The notes beneath the pieces were generated by a model. It worked only from the letters and a program-made list of their open reading frames with translations. It was not told the DNA's origin and did no database searches. Positions 1 to 11,928 of a stretch of 64,000 bases of DNA are shown one piece after another (positions within the stretch are counted from its first letter, which is position 1; each line of letters begins with the position of its first letter). The DNA comes from Heterodontus francisci. Lineage: Eukaryota. The position numbers and the translations under genes were made by a program. The stretch spans positions 682,001 to 746,000 of the forward strand of contig NW_027140825.1 of assembly GCF_036365525.1 (NCBI RefSeq). The letters run 5' to 3'.

Positions 1-2
1 AG

Positions 3-297
3 ATGTGAACTCACAGACTATCCACCAGACTCCCGCCGCTGTCTCCAAATATTCTGGGGAGAAGGTGAAGCTGAAATGCACTGTGCAGGGCAGCAGTAAC
101 CCTGAGATGTTCTGGTACAGACAATACCCGGGGAAGGAGACTAGTTTATGTTTTATTCCACGGATACTAATCACATAAATCCGGAGGAGGCGTTGGAGGG
201 TTTCACCGCCGAGAGACCGAGCAACTCCGACTTCAACCTGGAGTCCTCCAGCCTCCGGGAGAATCACTGGGCCGTGTATTTCTGTGCCTGGAGTCTT
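3..297 (+). pseudogene. TRBV: TCR beta V segment V1 (CAWS family A), V exon only; 1-nt frameshift at ~140-147
   Basis: AG acceptor 1-2; VNSQTIHQTP...KLKCTV...WYRQYPGK, then shifted frame ...AVYFCAWSL. 8 nt versus 9 nt between AAGGAG and ATG compared with paralog V2. 23-RSS: CACAGTG 298-304, nonamer ACAACAACA 328-336. Leader is upstream of the window. Confidence 0.9.
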
Positions 298-734
298 CAC
301 AGTGACTCAGAGAGATGGAGAAGTTCAACAACAACACCAAAGGCAGCAGGAAACACCTGTGGAGGATAAAACAGCTCGGAGCCTCGAACTTCTTTCGTTT
401 TGCAGAGAGAAAGTGTTTATGATAACAAGAAGAGATGGGTTTGAGTGGTAGTGAGAGATTAGATATACAGGTAATGGAGAATGCGCAAAGAACAATTAAC
501 AAGAATAACACCAGATCTGAGGTTGTAACTATCAGGAAGAATTAACTATAAAACGACTGAGTTTTACTGCACTGACACTGAGTTTTCTTCCTCTATATTG
601 TTAACGGAGGGTGCTCCAGGACCATGAATACACAATGGCCTGCAAAACATTTAATAGGAAAACAGAAAGAGGCAGAGGTCATCCAGCCCTCCAGCTTCAT
701 ACACATGGACAGGAGAAGGACATTCATCACCTTA

Positions 735-1310
735 GAGAGGGATACACACACACAGTGAGAGAGACAAAGAGAGGGAGACCGAGTGTGAGAGAGGGTCAGA
801 ACGAGATTTAGAGGAAAACTGACAGAGACAACAGACTGAAAAAGAGAGACTGAGACAGAGAGACTGAGACAGAGAGGGGAACAGAGAGACTGAGACAGAG
901 AGACTGAGAGAAAAAGTCTGAGAGAAAGAGAGAATGATACTGAGAGAATGAGACCAAGAAACTGAAACAGAGAAGAGGACAGAGAGGGAGACAGAGACGG
1001 TGACAGAGAGGAGGACAGAGAAAGGGACCAAGAAAGGTTGAGAGAGAGCGAGAGCGATAGAAAGAGAGAACAAAGATCCAGAGAACTGAGAGAGAAAACA
1101 AGAAAGACCGAGCGACAGAGACTGAGAGAAAAAAAAGAAAACACAGATGAAGAGACTGAGACATATTGGCAGACAGACAGACAGACACACACACACACAC
1201 ACACACACACAAAGAAAGAGAGAGGGACAGAAAGACAAAGAGCAGTAAAACAGAGAGGGACAGTGAACTAAAGACAGAGCGAGTGAAAAACACACACACA
1301 CACGCACAGC
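735..1310. repeat. (GA)/(GACA)/(CA)-rich low-complexity tract; similar tracts at ~1585-1790 and ~2920-3430
   Basis: Direct inspection; source of the spurious S/L-rich ORFs. Confidence 0.95.
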
Positions 1311-1752
1311 TTTGTATTCGTGCCCATTCATCTTCCAGCTCATTGAATTAGAATATCCGTGATCTCAGGATAGTAACTGTCAGGGAAGAATAACAATGAA
1401 AGGAGTGGGGCTGTTATAGACTGACACTGTGTATATTTTCACCACAGGGATAGCTGAGGACGCTCGAGGACCATGTGATGCACAATGGCTTTGAGAAGGA
1501 GTTCATAGGATAACTCAAACAGTGGGAGATCATACAGTCCTCCAGGTTGATATACATGACCAGGAGAAGGACACCCACCTCCTTAGAGAGAAAGAGAGAT
1601 AGAGGGAGAGACAAAGAGAGAGACTGAGAGAGAGAGAGACCTAGTGTGTGTGCGAGAGAGAGAGACTGAGATAAAGAGACTGAAACCTATAGGGAGGTAG
1701 AGAATGAGAGACAGAGACAGAGCGAAAGAAAGAAACAGCGCAGGTAAGAGAC

Positions 1753-1794
<42 letters not shown>

Positions 1795-1961
1795 TGGGAC
1801 ATTGGCAACCAACTCGATTCTCATTTGTTGATGAGTTGATCACTTCCTAATGCTCTCCCTGTTCCTCCCAATGATTTGTAAAGAGTGGGTTGGTTATTAA
1901 CAACACTCATCATTCCTGCTCTCTCCCCTTTGCAGATTCAGAGGGCAGCTTAAAGGAAAAG

Positions 1962-2483
1962 ATGTATCTGTTACAGACTCTGATCACCCTGTTTCACCGT
2001 AAGGGATTTTATTGAAACAATAATTCCGCTTAACATTTCTTTAGGATATGTTTTTATTTATTTCGTTCTCTCCTTCTCTCTCTTTCTCTCTCCCTCCTGG
2101 ACTGATTTTCTCTCTCTCTCCTCTTTCTCCCCACTGGACTGAAGTTGTCTGTTTACTGATCTCCTCCTCTCCCTGTCTCTTTCCGAGATGTGAACTCACA
2201 GACTATAAACCAGACTCCCGCCACTGTCGCCAACTTTTCTGGGGAGCAGGTGAAGCTGAAATGCACCGTGGATGGTACCAGCAACCCTTACATGTACTGG
2301 TACAGACAATACTCGGGGAAGGAGCCGCAGCTGATGTTTTACTCCCTAACTGCACAAAGGGTGAACTCAGAACGTTAGGTGGAGAGTTTCACTGCCGAGA
2401 GACCGAGTAACTCCAAGTTCAACCTGGAGTCCTCCAGCCTGTAGGAGAATCACTCGGCCGTGTATGTCTGTGCCTGGAGTCTT
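1962..2483 (+). pseudogene. TRBV: TCR beta V segment V2 (CAWS family A); two in-frame stops
   Basis: Leader 1962-1998 (MYLLQTLITLFH, GTAAG donor); V exon 2188-2483 with TAG at 2376-2378 and 2442-2444; ends AVYVCAWSL; consensus 23-RSS CACAGTG 2484-2490 and ACAAAAACC 2514-2522. Confidence 0.92.
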
Positions 2484-3618
2484 CACAGTGACTCAGAGAG
2501 ATGGAGCAGTTCAACAAAAACCCCAAAGGCAGCAGGAAACACCTGTGGAGGATAATATCGTTCGGTGCCTCGACCTCCTGTTCCCTTATGCAGAGTGAAA
2601 GTGTTTGTTACAATAAAAAGAGTTGAGTTATGGTTGTAGTGACACACTAGATTTACAGGTACTGCCGAGGGTGCAATGAACGATTAATAAAGATGTCACG
2701 AGATCTCAGAATGTAACTATCAGGAATCAATGACAATAATCTGGGTTTTTATGCACTGACCCTGTGTTTACCTTCTCCACAGGGACAGCAGAGGGGGATC
2801 CAGGACCATGGAACGGACAATGGCTTTGAGAAGGATTCAGTGAGAAAACTGAAAGAGCAGGAGATCCATGTAGATCCAGCTTGATACACATCAACAGGAC
2901 AAGGACACCTACTTCGATAGAGAGAGAAAGAGCGTGTATGTGTGTGACAGAGAGATCTGGTGAGAGAGAGAGAAAACGACAGATAGAGTTAAAGAGACTG
3001 AGATAGAGAGGGAGACAGAAATCGAGGCAAAGACAGCGAGACAGCAAGAGAGAGAGAGAGAGTGCGACACTGAGAGAGAGAAGGAGAGAAAGAGAGACTG
3101 AGACAAAGAGCCTGCGACATCTAGGGAGATAGATCTAGAGAGAGACAAAGACAGGGAAAGAACTAAAGAGAAAGCGAGAGTAAGAGAAAGGGAGAGTCAG
3201 AAAGAAGGAGAGAGTGGGAGACAGAACCCTGGATACACGATGAGAGAGAGAGAAAGACAGAGAGAGAAAGAGAGTAAAAATAGACTGAGATAGCGAGAGA
3301 GAGTAGGAGAGAGTGGAAGACAGAACCCTTGACACATGAGGTGACAGACACAGGAAGAGAGAGCAAAAGAGCTGAAGGTAAAAAGATATACGTATATATA
3401 TATATATATATATATATATGGAGAGAGAGAAGGAGATTGGCAACGAATTCGATTGTTATTTGTTGACCTGGGGAATGGGCGTCTCCAACATTGTATCACT
3501 TCCTGACGTTCTTCATGTTGCTCCCAATGATTTGTAAAGAGTGAATTTGGACCCTCACAAGACTCGAAGCTCCTGATCTCACTCCTGTGTCTATTAAGGG
3601 AACAGGTCGATGTGAAAG

Positions 3619-3655
3619 ATGCATCAGTTACTGGTTCTGATAATCCTGTTTCATT
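3619..3655 (+). pseudogene. Orphan V leader exon (family A) with no following V exon
   Basis: MHQLLVLIILFH + GTAAG, homologous to the V2 leader; intron homology (ctgtttactgatctcctcctctct) stops at ~3760 and no V exon follows. Confidence 0.75.
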
Positions 3656-5348
3656 GTAAGTGAGTGTGAAATACAAAGATTATCGTTAATAACTTTCCTT
3701 TACTCTCCCTGTCTCCCTTTCATTCCCAGAAGTTCCCTGTTTACTGATCTCCTCCTCTCTCCATCAGAGTCTGGAACACACTTTAACAGTGACCTGGGAA
3801 CACAAGGAGAACATTCATCACCTCGAAAACACTCCGCCCTTCAATGAGTTCATGACTTATCAATAACTTTCTGTCGCTCCCTCTCTCCATCCCTCTGTCT
3901 CCATTCCTCTCTAACCATCCCTCTGTCTCCATCCCTCTCTCTCCATCCCACTCTCTCCATCTCTCTCGCTCCCTCTCTCTATTCCCCACTCTACCACTGG
4001 CTGCAAAGCTGGCGTAAAATGGTAGAATGCGAATTAACATTCCTGTCTTTTACAGGAGCAGTGACTGTCTCTCCATGCAGCTCGCTATTTCTCTACCTGT
4101 CTGACTTTCCCTCCAACTCTCTATTTCTCTACCTCTCTCGATATCAATCTATCTCTCTCCCTGGTGATCTATCTCTCTGTCTCTCTATCTATCCAACTCT
4201 ATCTTTGGGTGATTACACTTTGTATGAACTAATTAAACATGCTGCACCAATATAATGAATGACCATCTTTTCCGGGATTTTCTATACATTGACCAGTAGA
4301 TGATGTGGTTTGTCATCAATTATCTATCAAAATCTTTTATCATCTTCAATATCTGTATCACATCTACCATTAACCTTCTCTGCTCTCAGGAGAGAAACCC
4401 CCAGCTTCTCCAGTCTCTCCACAGTAATTGAGCTCCCTCATCCCTGGTACCAGTCTTGTTAATCTCCCTCTAACCTTCACTACACAGAGGCGAACAACCC
4501 CCCAATGAACAGGAACTAACTCAGCTCGGAACCCTTAACCATCTGAGCGCTGTTTCACACTGTTGAAAGGCGAGATCCCTCTCCAGATAACTTCATCTCT
4601 GGGACACCTGCCTCCTGACAGCGAGTTCAGAAGAGCACAAGTGTCCTTCTTGAATAATGGTACAACATTCGCTGTCCTCCAGTCCTCTGAGACCACTCCT
4701 GTGGCCAGAGAGAATTGAAAATTTGTGTCAGAGGCCCTGAAATCTCCTCCCTTGCCTCACATAACAGCCTGGGATATGTCTCATCCGGGCTGCGGTCTTA
4801 TCCACTTTTAAGACTGCTAAAACAGCTAATACTCCTCCCTTTAAAAGCTAATATGTTCAAGTATATCACAACCCCCCTCCCTGATATCTACACCTACATC
4901 ATCCTTCTCCATAGTGAACATAGTGAAATATGCCGTTCTTACACGGTCTGGCCTATATGTGCCTCCAGACCAACAGCAATGTTGTTGACTATTAACTGCC
5001 CTGCAGGCATTCCCGAAGATGGTTCACCACCACCAACTCAAGGGCAATAAGGGATGGGCACACTCTCCAGGTACAGAGGGTTGTTTCCCTGAATTCTACT
5101 CTATCAAATCCCTTCCTGAAATGTGAACACCTCTATTCAATCTCCCCCTATCCTCCTGTGTTGTATCATTCTACAACATTGCTATGTAAAGTAATGGGGT
5201 GCAGCAGAGTGTCACAGTAAGTGACTGCCAATCACAATGACAACCGGATGCTGGGTATTTAATTGGATACAATATAGAAACCGCCTGCAAGTGCGTTGTT
5301 GAAAACTTCACACGTTCACACATCGAGTTAGTATCGAATGAAGAAATC

Positions 5349-6182
5349 ATGTTGCATGAGGTTCTCTGTCTAATCTTGATGGCTGCACTCTTCCCACGTA
5401 AGTCAAAGTCAGAAACTGTGTCGAATAATGTATTGTAATGTCAGCGGTGATTCTGTTCCATAACACTGCTGTGTCAGAGTCTCACTCCAGAACACTTGAG
5501 CTCAAAGTCAAAACTAACACCCCAGGTGTCAGGGCTGAGGGAGTGCTGGACTGTCGCAGAGGCAGTACTGCGGGTGTGCTGCACTGTCGCAGAGGCAGTA
5601 CTGAGGGTGTGCTGCACTGTCGCAGAGGCAGTACTGAGGGAGTGCAGCACTGTCACAGAGGCAGTACTGAGGGAGTGCTGCACTGTTGCGGAGGCAGTAC
5701 TGAGGGAGTGCCGCACTGTCGCAGAGGCAGTACTGAGGGAGTAACTACATTGGTTGCAAAGCCCTTTCTGATGTCCTGAGGTCCTGAACGGCGATATATT
5801 AATGTAAGCCCTCTCTTTCTTGCAATGCAGCCCCTCTTCCAATCCATTATTGACTGAAATAATAATCTAATCGATGTTCCGCCCCACAGGAATACTCTCC
5901 TCCTATGTGGAACAGTCACCCTCCATCCTATCGATTTCCGCAGGAGAGTCGACAACACTCAGATGCACGCTGAAGAATACTGGCTATACATTCATGTACT
6001 GGTACAGTAACAACCGGACAGGGCACTGGAAGCTCTGTTCTATTCTGCTGGAACAGGGTTTGTCACCAATTACACATCCGAGTCATTTAAGGCAGACAGA
6101 GCCAGCAATACACTGTTTACTTTGGCACTGAGAGACGCCGCTCCATCTCACACCGCTGTCTATTTCTGCGCTTGTAGTATCG
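5349..6182 (+). pseudogene. TRBV: TCR beta V segment V3 (CACS family B); 1-nt deletion at ~6008
   Basis: Leader 5349-5397 (MLHEVLCLILMAALFP); V exon 5890-6182; TGGTACAGTAACAACC versus TGGTACAGACAACAACC in V4; RSS CACAGTG 6183-6189, 23 bp, GCAAAAACC 6213-6221. Confidence 0.9.
5535..5742. repeat. 33-bp minisatellite in the V3 intron
   Basis: Unit CTGAGGGAGTGCTGCACTGTCGCAGAGGCAGTA, ~6 copies. Confidence 0.9.
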
Positions 6183-6954
6183 CACAGTGTTTGAGAAAGC
6201 GGATCCGCAGCTGCAAAAACCTGCAGCGGATGAACGGGAGTTCAGTGCTCATCTTCAACTGGCAGGGGGCAGCAGTAGATTGAAGCTGATTGTTCAGATC
6301 TATCTGTCCACCTGATTGTTCATCTCTCTGTCTCTCTATCTATCTATCTCTTTACCTGGTTATCCATCTCTGTCTCTCTATCTATCTAACTCTATCGTTA
6401 GGTAATTACAGTTTGTGAGAACTAATTAAACAGACTGCAGTAATGTAATGAATGACCATCTTTTCATAGATTTTCTATATATTGACCAGTAGATGATGTG
6501 GTTAGTCATCAATTATCTATCAAAATCCTCTATGATCTTCAATATCTGTATCACATCTGCCATTAACCTTCTCTGCTCTGAGGGCAGAAACCCCCAGCTT
6601 CTCCAGTCTCTCCACAGTAACTGAAGTCCCTCATCCCTGGTACCAGTCTTGTTAATCTCCCTCTAACCTTCACTACACAGAGGTGAACAACTCCCCAATG
6701 CACAGAAACTATCTCAGCTCAGAACCCTGAACCATCTGAGCGCTGTTTCACACTGTTCAAAGGCGAAACCCCTCTCCAGATAACTTCATCTCTGGGACAC
6801 CTGCCTCCTGACAGCGAGTTCAGAAGCTGCTGAAAACTCTTTACCCACTTTCACCTCAGACTCGAGTCACATTTAATCTGTTCTTCAAAGAAACCAGCAG
6901 TTCAGACCAGTGAACAATTTAACCATTTAACTCCCATTCACCACGGAGGTTCGG

Positions 6955-7305
6955 CAGCAGAGCAGTTATGTTACTGGGCTAGTAATCCAGAGGCCTGGAC
7001 TAATGATCCCCAGACTTGAGTTCAATTCCCACCGGGGCAGAAATGCAATTTAAATTCAATTAATTAAATAAATAAAAATTTGTCATGGAAAGTATGAGTA
7101 ATCCTGAACATGGAGTGTCTTAAAAACCCAACGTCTTCATTGATTACCTTCAGGGAAGGAAATCTGCCATTCTTACCCGGTCTGGCCTATATGTGACTGC
7201 AGACCCACAGCAATGAGGTTGACTGTTAACTGCCCTCTGATATGGCCCAGCAGGTATTCCCGAAGATGGTTCACCATCACCTCCTCAGGGGCAATAAGGG
7301 ATGGG
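6955..7305 (+). mobile_element. Shark-type tRNA-derived SINE (HE1-like); related copies at ~20845-21260, ~33910-34200 and elsewhere
   Basis: Recurrent ttactgggctagtaatccagagg...gagttcaattcccacc (B-box-like) and gggcaataagggatgggca tail found at several sites in the window. Confidence 0.65.
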
Positions 7306-7595
7306 CACACTCTCTGGGTATAGAGGGTTGCTTCCCTGAATTGTACTCTATCAAATCCCTTTCTGAAATGTGAACACCTCTATTCAATGTCCCCCTATCC
7401 TCCTGTGTTGTATCATTCTACAACATTGCTATGTAAAGTAATGGGGTGGAGCAGAGTGTCACAGTAAGTGACTGCCAATCACAATGACAACCGGATGCTG
7501 GGTATTTGATTGGATACAATAAAGAAACCGCCTGCAAGTGTGTTGTTGAAAACTCCACACGTTCACACATCGAGTTAGTATCGAATGAAGAAATC

Positions 7596-8462
7596 ATGTT
7601 GCACGAAGTTCTCTGTCTAATCTTGATGCCTGCCCTGTTCCCACGTAAGTCAAAGTCAGAAACAGAGTCGAATAATGTATTGTAATGTTAGGGGTGATTC
7701 TGTCCGGAACACTCCTGTGTCTGAGTCTCACTCCAGAACACTTGAGCTCAAAGTCAAGGCTCACAAACCACGTGTCAGGACTGAGGGAGTGCTGCACTGT
7801 CGCAGAGGCAGTACTGAGGGAGTGCTGCACTTTCACAGAGGCAGTACTGAGGGAGTGCTGCACTGTCACAGAGGCAGTACTGAGGGAGTGCTGCACTGTC
7901 GCAGAGGCAGTACAGAGTGAGTTCTGCACTGTCGCAGAGGCAGTACTGAGGGACTGCTGCACTGTCGCAGAGGCAGTACTGAGGGACTGCTGCACTGTCG
8001 AATAGGCAGTACTGATGGAGTAACTGCATTTGTTGCAAAGCACTTTCTGATGTCCGGAGGTCCTGAACGGCGCTATATTAATGTAAGCCCTTTCTTTCTT
8101 GCAATGCAGCCCCTGCTCCAATCCACTATTGACTGAAATAATAATCTAATCGATGTTCCATTCCACAGGAATACTCTCCTCCTATGTGGAACAGTCACCC
8201 TCGATCCTATCGATTGCAGCAGGAGAGTCGACAACACTGAGATGCACGCTGACCAATACTGCCAATTCCTATATGTACTGGTACAGACAACAACCAGACA
8301 GGGCACTGGAAGCTCTGTTCTATTCTGCTACAGAAGGGTCTGTTACCAATTACACGTCCGAGTCATTTAAGGCAGTCAGAGCCAGCGATACGCTGTTTAC
8401 TTTGGCACTGAGAGACGCCGCTCCATCTCACACCGCTGTCTATTTCTGCGCTTGTAGTATTG
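7596..8462 (+). CDS. TRBV: TCR beta V segment V4 (CACS family B), open reading frame
   Basis: Leader 7596-7644; V exon 8169-8462 (YVEQSP...LRCTL...WYRQQP...AVYFCACSI); RSS CACAGTG 8463-8469, 23 bp, GCAAAAACC 8493-8501. Confidence 0.95.
7781..8022. repeat. 33-bp minisatellite in the V4 intron
   Basis: Same unit, ~7 copies. Confidence 0.9.
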
Positions 8463-8519
8463 CACAGTGTTTGAGAAAGCGGATACTCAGCTGCAAAAAC
8501 CTGCAGCGGATGAACAGGA

Positions 8520-9112
8520 GTTCAGTGCTCATCTTCCAACGGCAGAGGGGCAGCAGTAGATTGAATCTCAGTGCTCATCTTCCAACGGCAGAGGGGCAGC
8601 AGTAGATTGAATCTCAGTTATCATCTTCCACCGGCAGGGGGCAGCAGTAGATTGAATCTCAGTTATCATCTTCCACCGGCAGGGGGCAGCAGTAGATTGA
8701 ATCTCAGTTATCATCTTCCAACGGCAGAGGGGCAGCAGTAGATTGAATCTCAGTTATCATCTTCCACCGGCAGGGGGCAGCAGTAGATTGAATCTCAGTG
8801 CTCATCTTCCCCCTGCAGGGGGCAGCAGTGGATTGAATCTCAGTGCTCAACTTCCACCGGCAGGAGGCAGCAGCAGATTGAATCTCAGTGCTCATCCTCC
8901 ACCGGCAGGGAGCAGCAGTTGATTGAATCTCAGTGCTCATCTTCCACCGGCAGGGGGCAGCAGTAGATTGAATCTCAGTGCTCATCTTCCACCGGCAGGG
9001 GGCAGCAGTAGATTGAATCTCAGTGCTCATCTTCCACCGGCAGGGGGCAGCAGTAGATTGAATCTCAGTGCTCATCTTCCACCGGCAGGGGGCAGCAGTA
9101 GACTGACTGCTC
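8520..9112. repeat. 45-bp minisatellite (13 units) directly after the V4 RSS
   Basis: Unit GATTGAATCTCAGTGCTCATCTTCCACCGGCAGGGGGCAGCAGTA; single copy after V3 (~6241-6284). Confidence 0.95.
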
Positions 9113-9494
9113 ATTTTCTGCAACCAGTTCATGGAATCATCTTGGATAACAGAACAGAAGGAGACCATTCGGCCCATCTCCCCCGTACTGGCTTATTTGA
9201 AAGAACTGTCCAGTTTATGCTCTTCCCCCCTGCTACTTCCCCATAGCCATGCACATTGATTCCATTCACGTGTGCAATCCATTGCCTTTTGAATGTTCAT
9301 GTTCAAGGTGCTTCCAACACCCTTTCAGACAGTGCTAGCCACATCATAACAACTCGCTGCTTAAACAAATCATCACATCTCCCCCCTCCCCCCACTTATT
9401 CATCTGCCAGTTACATTTAATCAATGTCTCCTGGTTGCCTTCTGCCGAAAGAAGCAGCTTCTGTTCATTTATAGTTTTAAAATAATTATTTATT

Positions 9495-10040
9495 GAGATG
9501 TGAGCATCGCTGACCAGTCCAACATTTGCTATCCATCCCAAATTGCCCTTGAGAAGGTGGTGGTGAGCTGCCTTCTTGAACCACTGCAGTCCATGTGGGG
9601 TAGGTCCACCCACGGTCCTGTTAGGAATGGAGTTCCAGGATTTTGAATCAACGACAGCTAAGGAACGGCGATATAGTTCCAAGTCAGGATGGCATGTGGC
9701 TTGAAGGAGAACCTGCAGTTGGTGATGTTCCCGTGCATCTGCTGTCCTTGTCCTTCTAGGTGTTGGAGGTCGTGGTTTTGGAAGGTGTTGTCGAAGGAGC
9801 CTTGGTGCATTGCTGCAGTGCATTTTCTATATAGTACACACTGCTGCCACTGTGCGTCGGTGGTGGAGGGGTGAATGTTTGTGAATGGGGTGCCAATCAA
9901 GCGGGCTGTTTTGTCCTGGATGGTATCGAGCTTCTTCAGTGTTGTTGGAGCCACACTCTAGTGGAGAGTATTCCAACACACTCCTGACTTGTACCTTATA
10001 GATGGTGGACAGGCTTTGGGGAGTCAGGAGGTGAGGTACT
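9495..10040 (-). mobile_element. LINE 3' fragment (CR1/L2-like) sharing its tail with the SINEs
   Basis: APTTLKKLDTIQDKTARLIG and WNSIP-type RT C-terminal motifs on the - strand. Confidence 0.7.
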
Positions 10041-11307
10041 CAAGACTCAACGTGCGCTGCCTGAGTGGGTAGAACTGTCCTCTCTGAGTTAGAAGGACCC
10101 ACTCCACAGACTGGAGCCAAGAAAAAGGCTGACACTTTAGTGCCAAAAAACTGCAGGTAAGTCAAAACAAATCCACCGAGCAAAAATGTCGTACCGAAAT
10201 GCATGTTTCATACTATTTTCCCTGATTAAGCAGAATTAACACACACAATTTTGAATGCAACACAAACGCAACAAATTGATGCTCAACCCTTTATAAAAAG
10301 CCTGTTTTGGCTTCAACCGGTGTGCTACGTCCACTTCTGTACATGACATTGTTGGGAGGATGCAGAGGGTGCAAAGGAGATTTACAAGGAGGTGACCGGG
10401 CGTGAGGGATTTCAGCTATGTGGAGGTGTGGGAGAAGCTGTTCATTGTAACACACAAGGTTCCAAAAAGTCCCAGAACCCTATCCAGAAGGTTAGGGGTG
10501 CGATGCTGGACCACACCACTGCTCATTCAATCCACACACATTGGAATGTTTCCCATTCCATCCATGGTCTCCTCACTTCATGTCAAGTGCATCTATGGAA
10601 TAGTTAACTTGTCACCCCACTCCTGGTCTAACCTTTAACATTTCCATTGTTACCGAGTCCTGATGGATATTTAAGAAAGAAAGTGAACATTTACTCTTGT
10701 AACATCTCAGCTTTTCTGAAATGACCCTCCCAGCAATGCACACATCCCATCACTGAATACATTCAGATACAATTGGAAGAGAACAAGCTTGATAATGATG
10801 GTGGAGTGAGCATCTTTTCATGGTTATGAGGCTGCTGAGGGTGAGGCTGACACAGATGCTGGCGGTCGGGAGGAGGGTGACAATGTGGCCTCAGATGGTA
10901 ATGATGAGTGTGAGGATGGTGTCAGGATGAATGTGGTTATGATCAGGGGAGTATTGAAGGTATTGATGATCCCAACACACCCGCTCATTTAATCACCTCT
11001 CCACCACAGAAGATAGTTTAAATCACATTTGCTCCCTTCCCTTCTGCAACTATCAAAGACATGAAACAGAACTGCAGGCCCAGAAACCGATGAGCTGAGG
11101 GTCAAACATTGGTCCCTCCCCAGAAATGACGAGTCCTCGGTGAGCCCATGAGCAAAGAAAGAAAGCTTGGCTCCGCATAGGCAAGTGTTGAAGATGATGG
11201 AGACGGAAGCTATAAATTCCAGTCAGTACCCAGAACTTTGGGGTACTCGACAATACAAGTGCTCAGTCATTTCATATAAAACCACACGGATCCTTCACCC
11301 TCCAGAG

Positions 11308-11928
11308 ATGGCTGTGTCTCAGCTCTGGGTTGTGTTGTTGGTGTTAACCGGTAAGGAGGTGCCTGAACTGTGAGGTTACAATGATGTACATGTGTCTCTG
11401 CTTCTCAGTCTCTGGCTGTCTTTGTCTCTCTCCTTCTCCCTCCATATTTCGTTCTCTGTCTCTCATCTCTCTCTCTCTGCCTCTCTGCCTCTAACTGGTC
11501 CCCACCGCTCTCTCTCTATCTCTGTCTGTCTGCCCACTTCTACCTCTTCTTGTTGGTAACGATATGGACATTGTCCCTGGGTTTATCTCTCTATTTCTCT
11601 CTCTCTCTCTCTCCCTCTCTGTTTTACAGATGTGGGGGCTGTGTTGATCCAACAGACTCCCGCTTCCATATCCCATTCCCCAGGCTCTCCAGTCAGGATC
11701 CAATGTATTTACACAGAAGCAACAGCAGGCTCCTATTTCTACTGGTACCGATGGCATCTGGACCGTGAGCCTCAGGACCTATTCTATTCCAGCTACGCCG
11801 GAACGGTCAACCCCTCAGGTGAGGTGGACGGTTTCACCGCCAGGAGACCCGAAAGCACCCATTTTTACCTGGAGTCCTCCAGCCTGTGGGTGAATCAATC
11901 AGCCGTGTATTACTGTGCCTGGAGTCAG
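11308..11928 (+). CDS. TRBV: TCR beta V segment V5 (CAWS family C), open
   Basis: Leader 11308-11350 (MAVSQLWVVLLVLT); V exon 11630-11928 (IQCIY...WYRWH...AVYYCAWSQ); RSS CACAGTG 11929-11935, 23 bp, GCAAAAACT 11959-11967. Confidence 0.95.

Noticed and set aside
593-3676. Long S/L/C-rich ORFs up to 205 aa
   Set aside because: Translations of GA/CT microsatellites.
8704-9246. Repetitive 157/107 aa ORFs
   Set aside because: Open frames result from the 45-bp unit being a multiple of 3.
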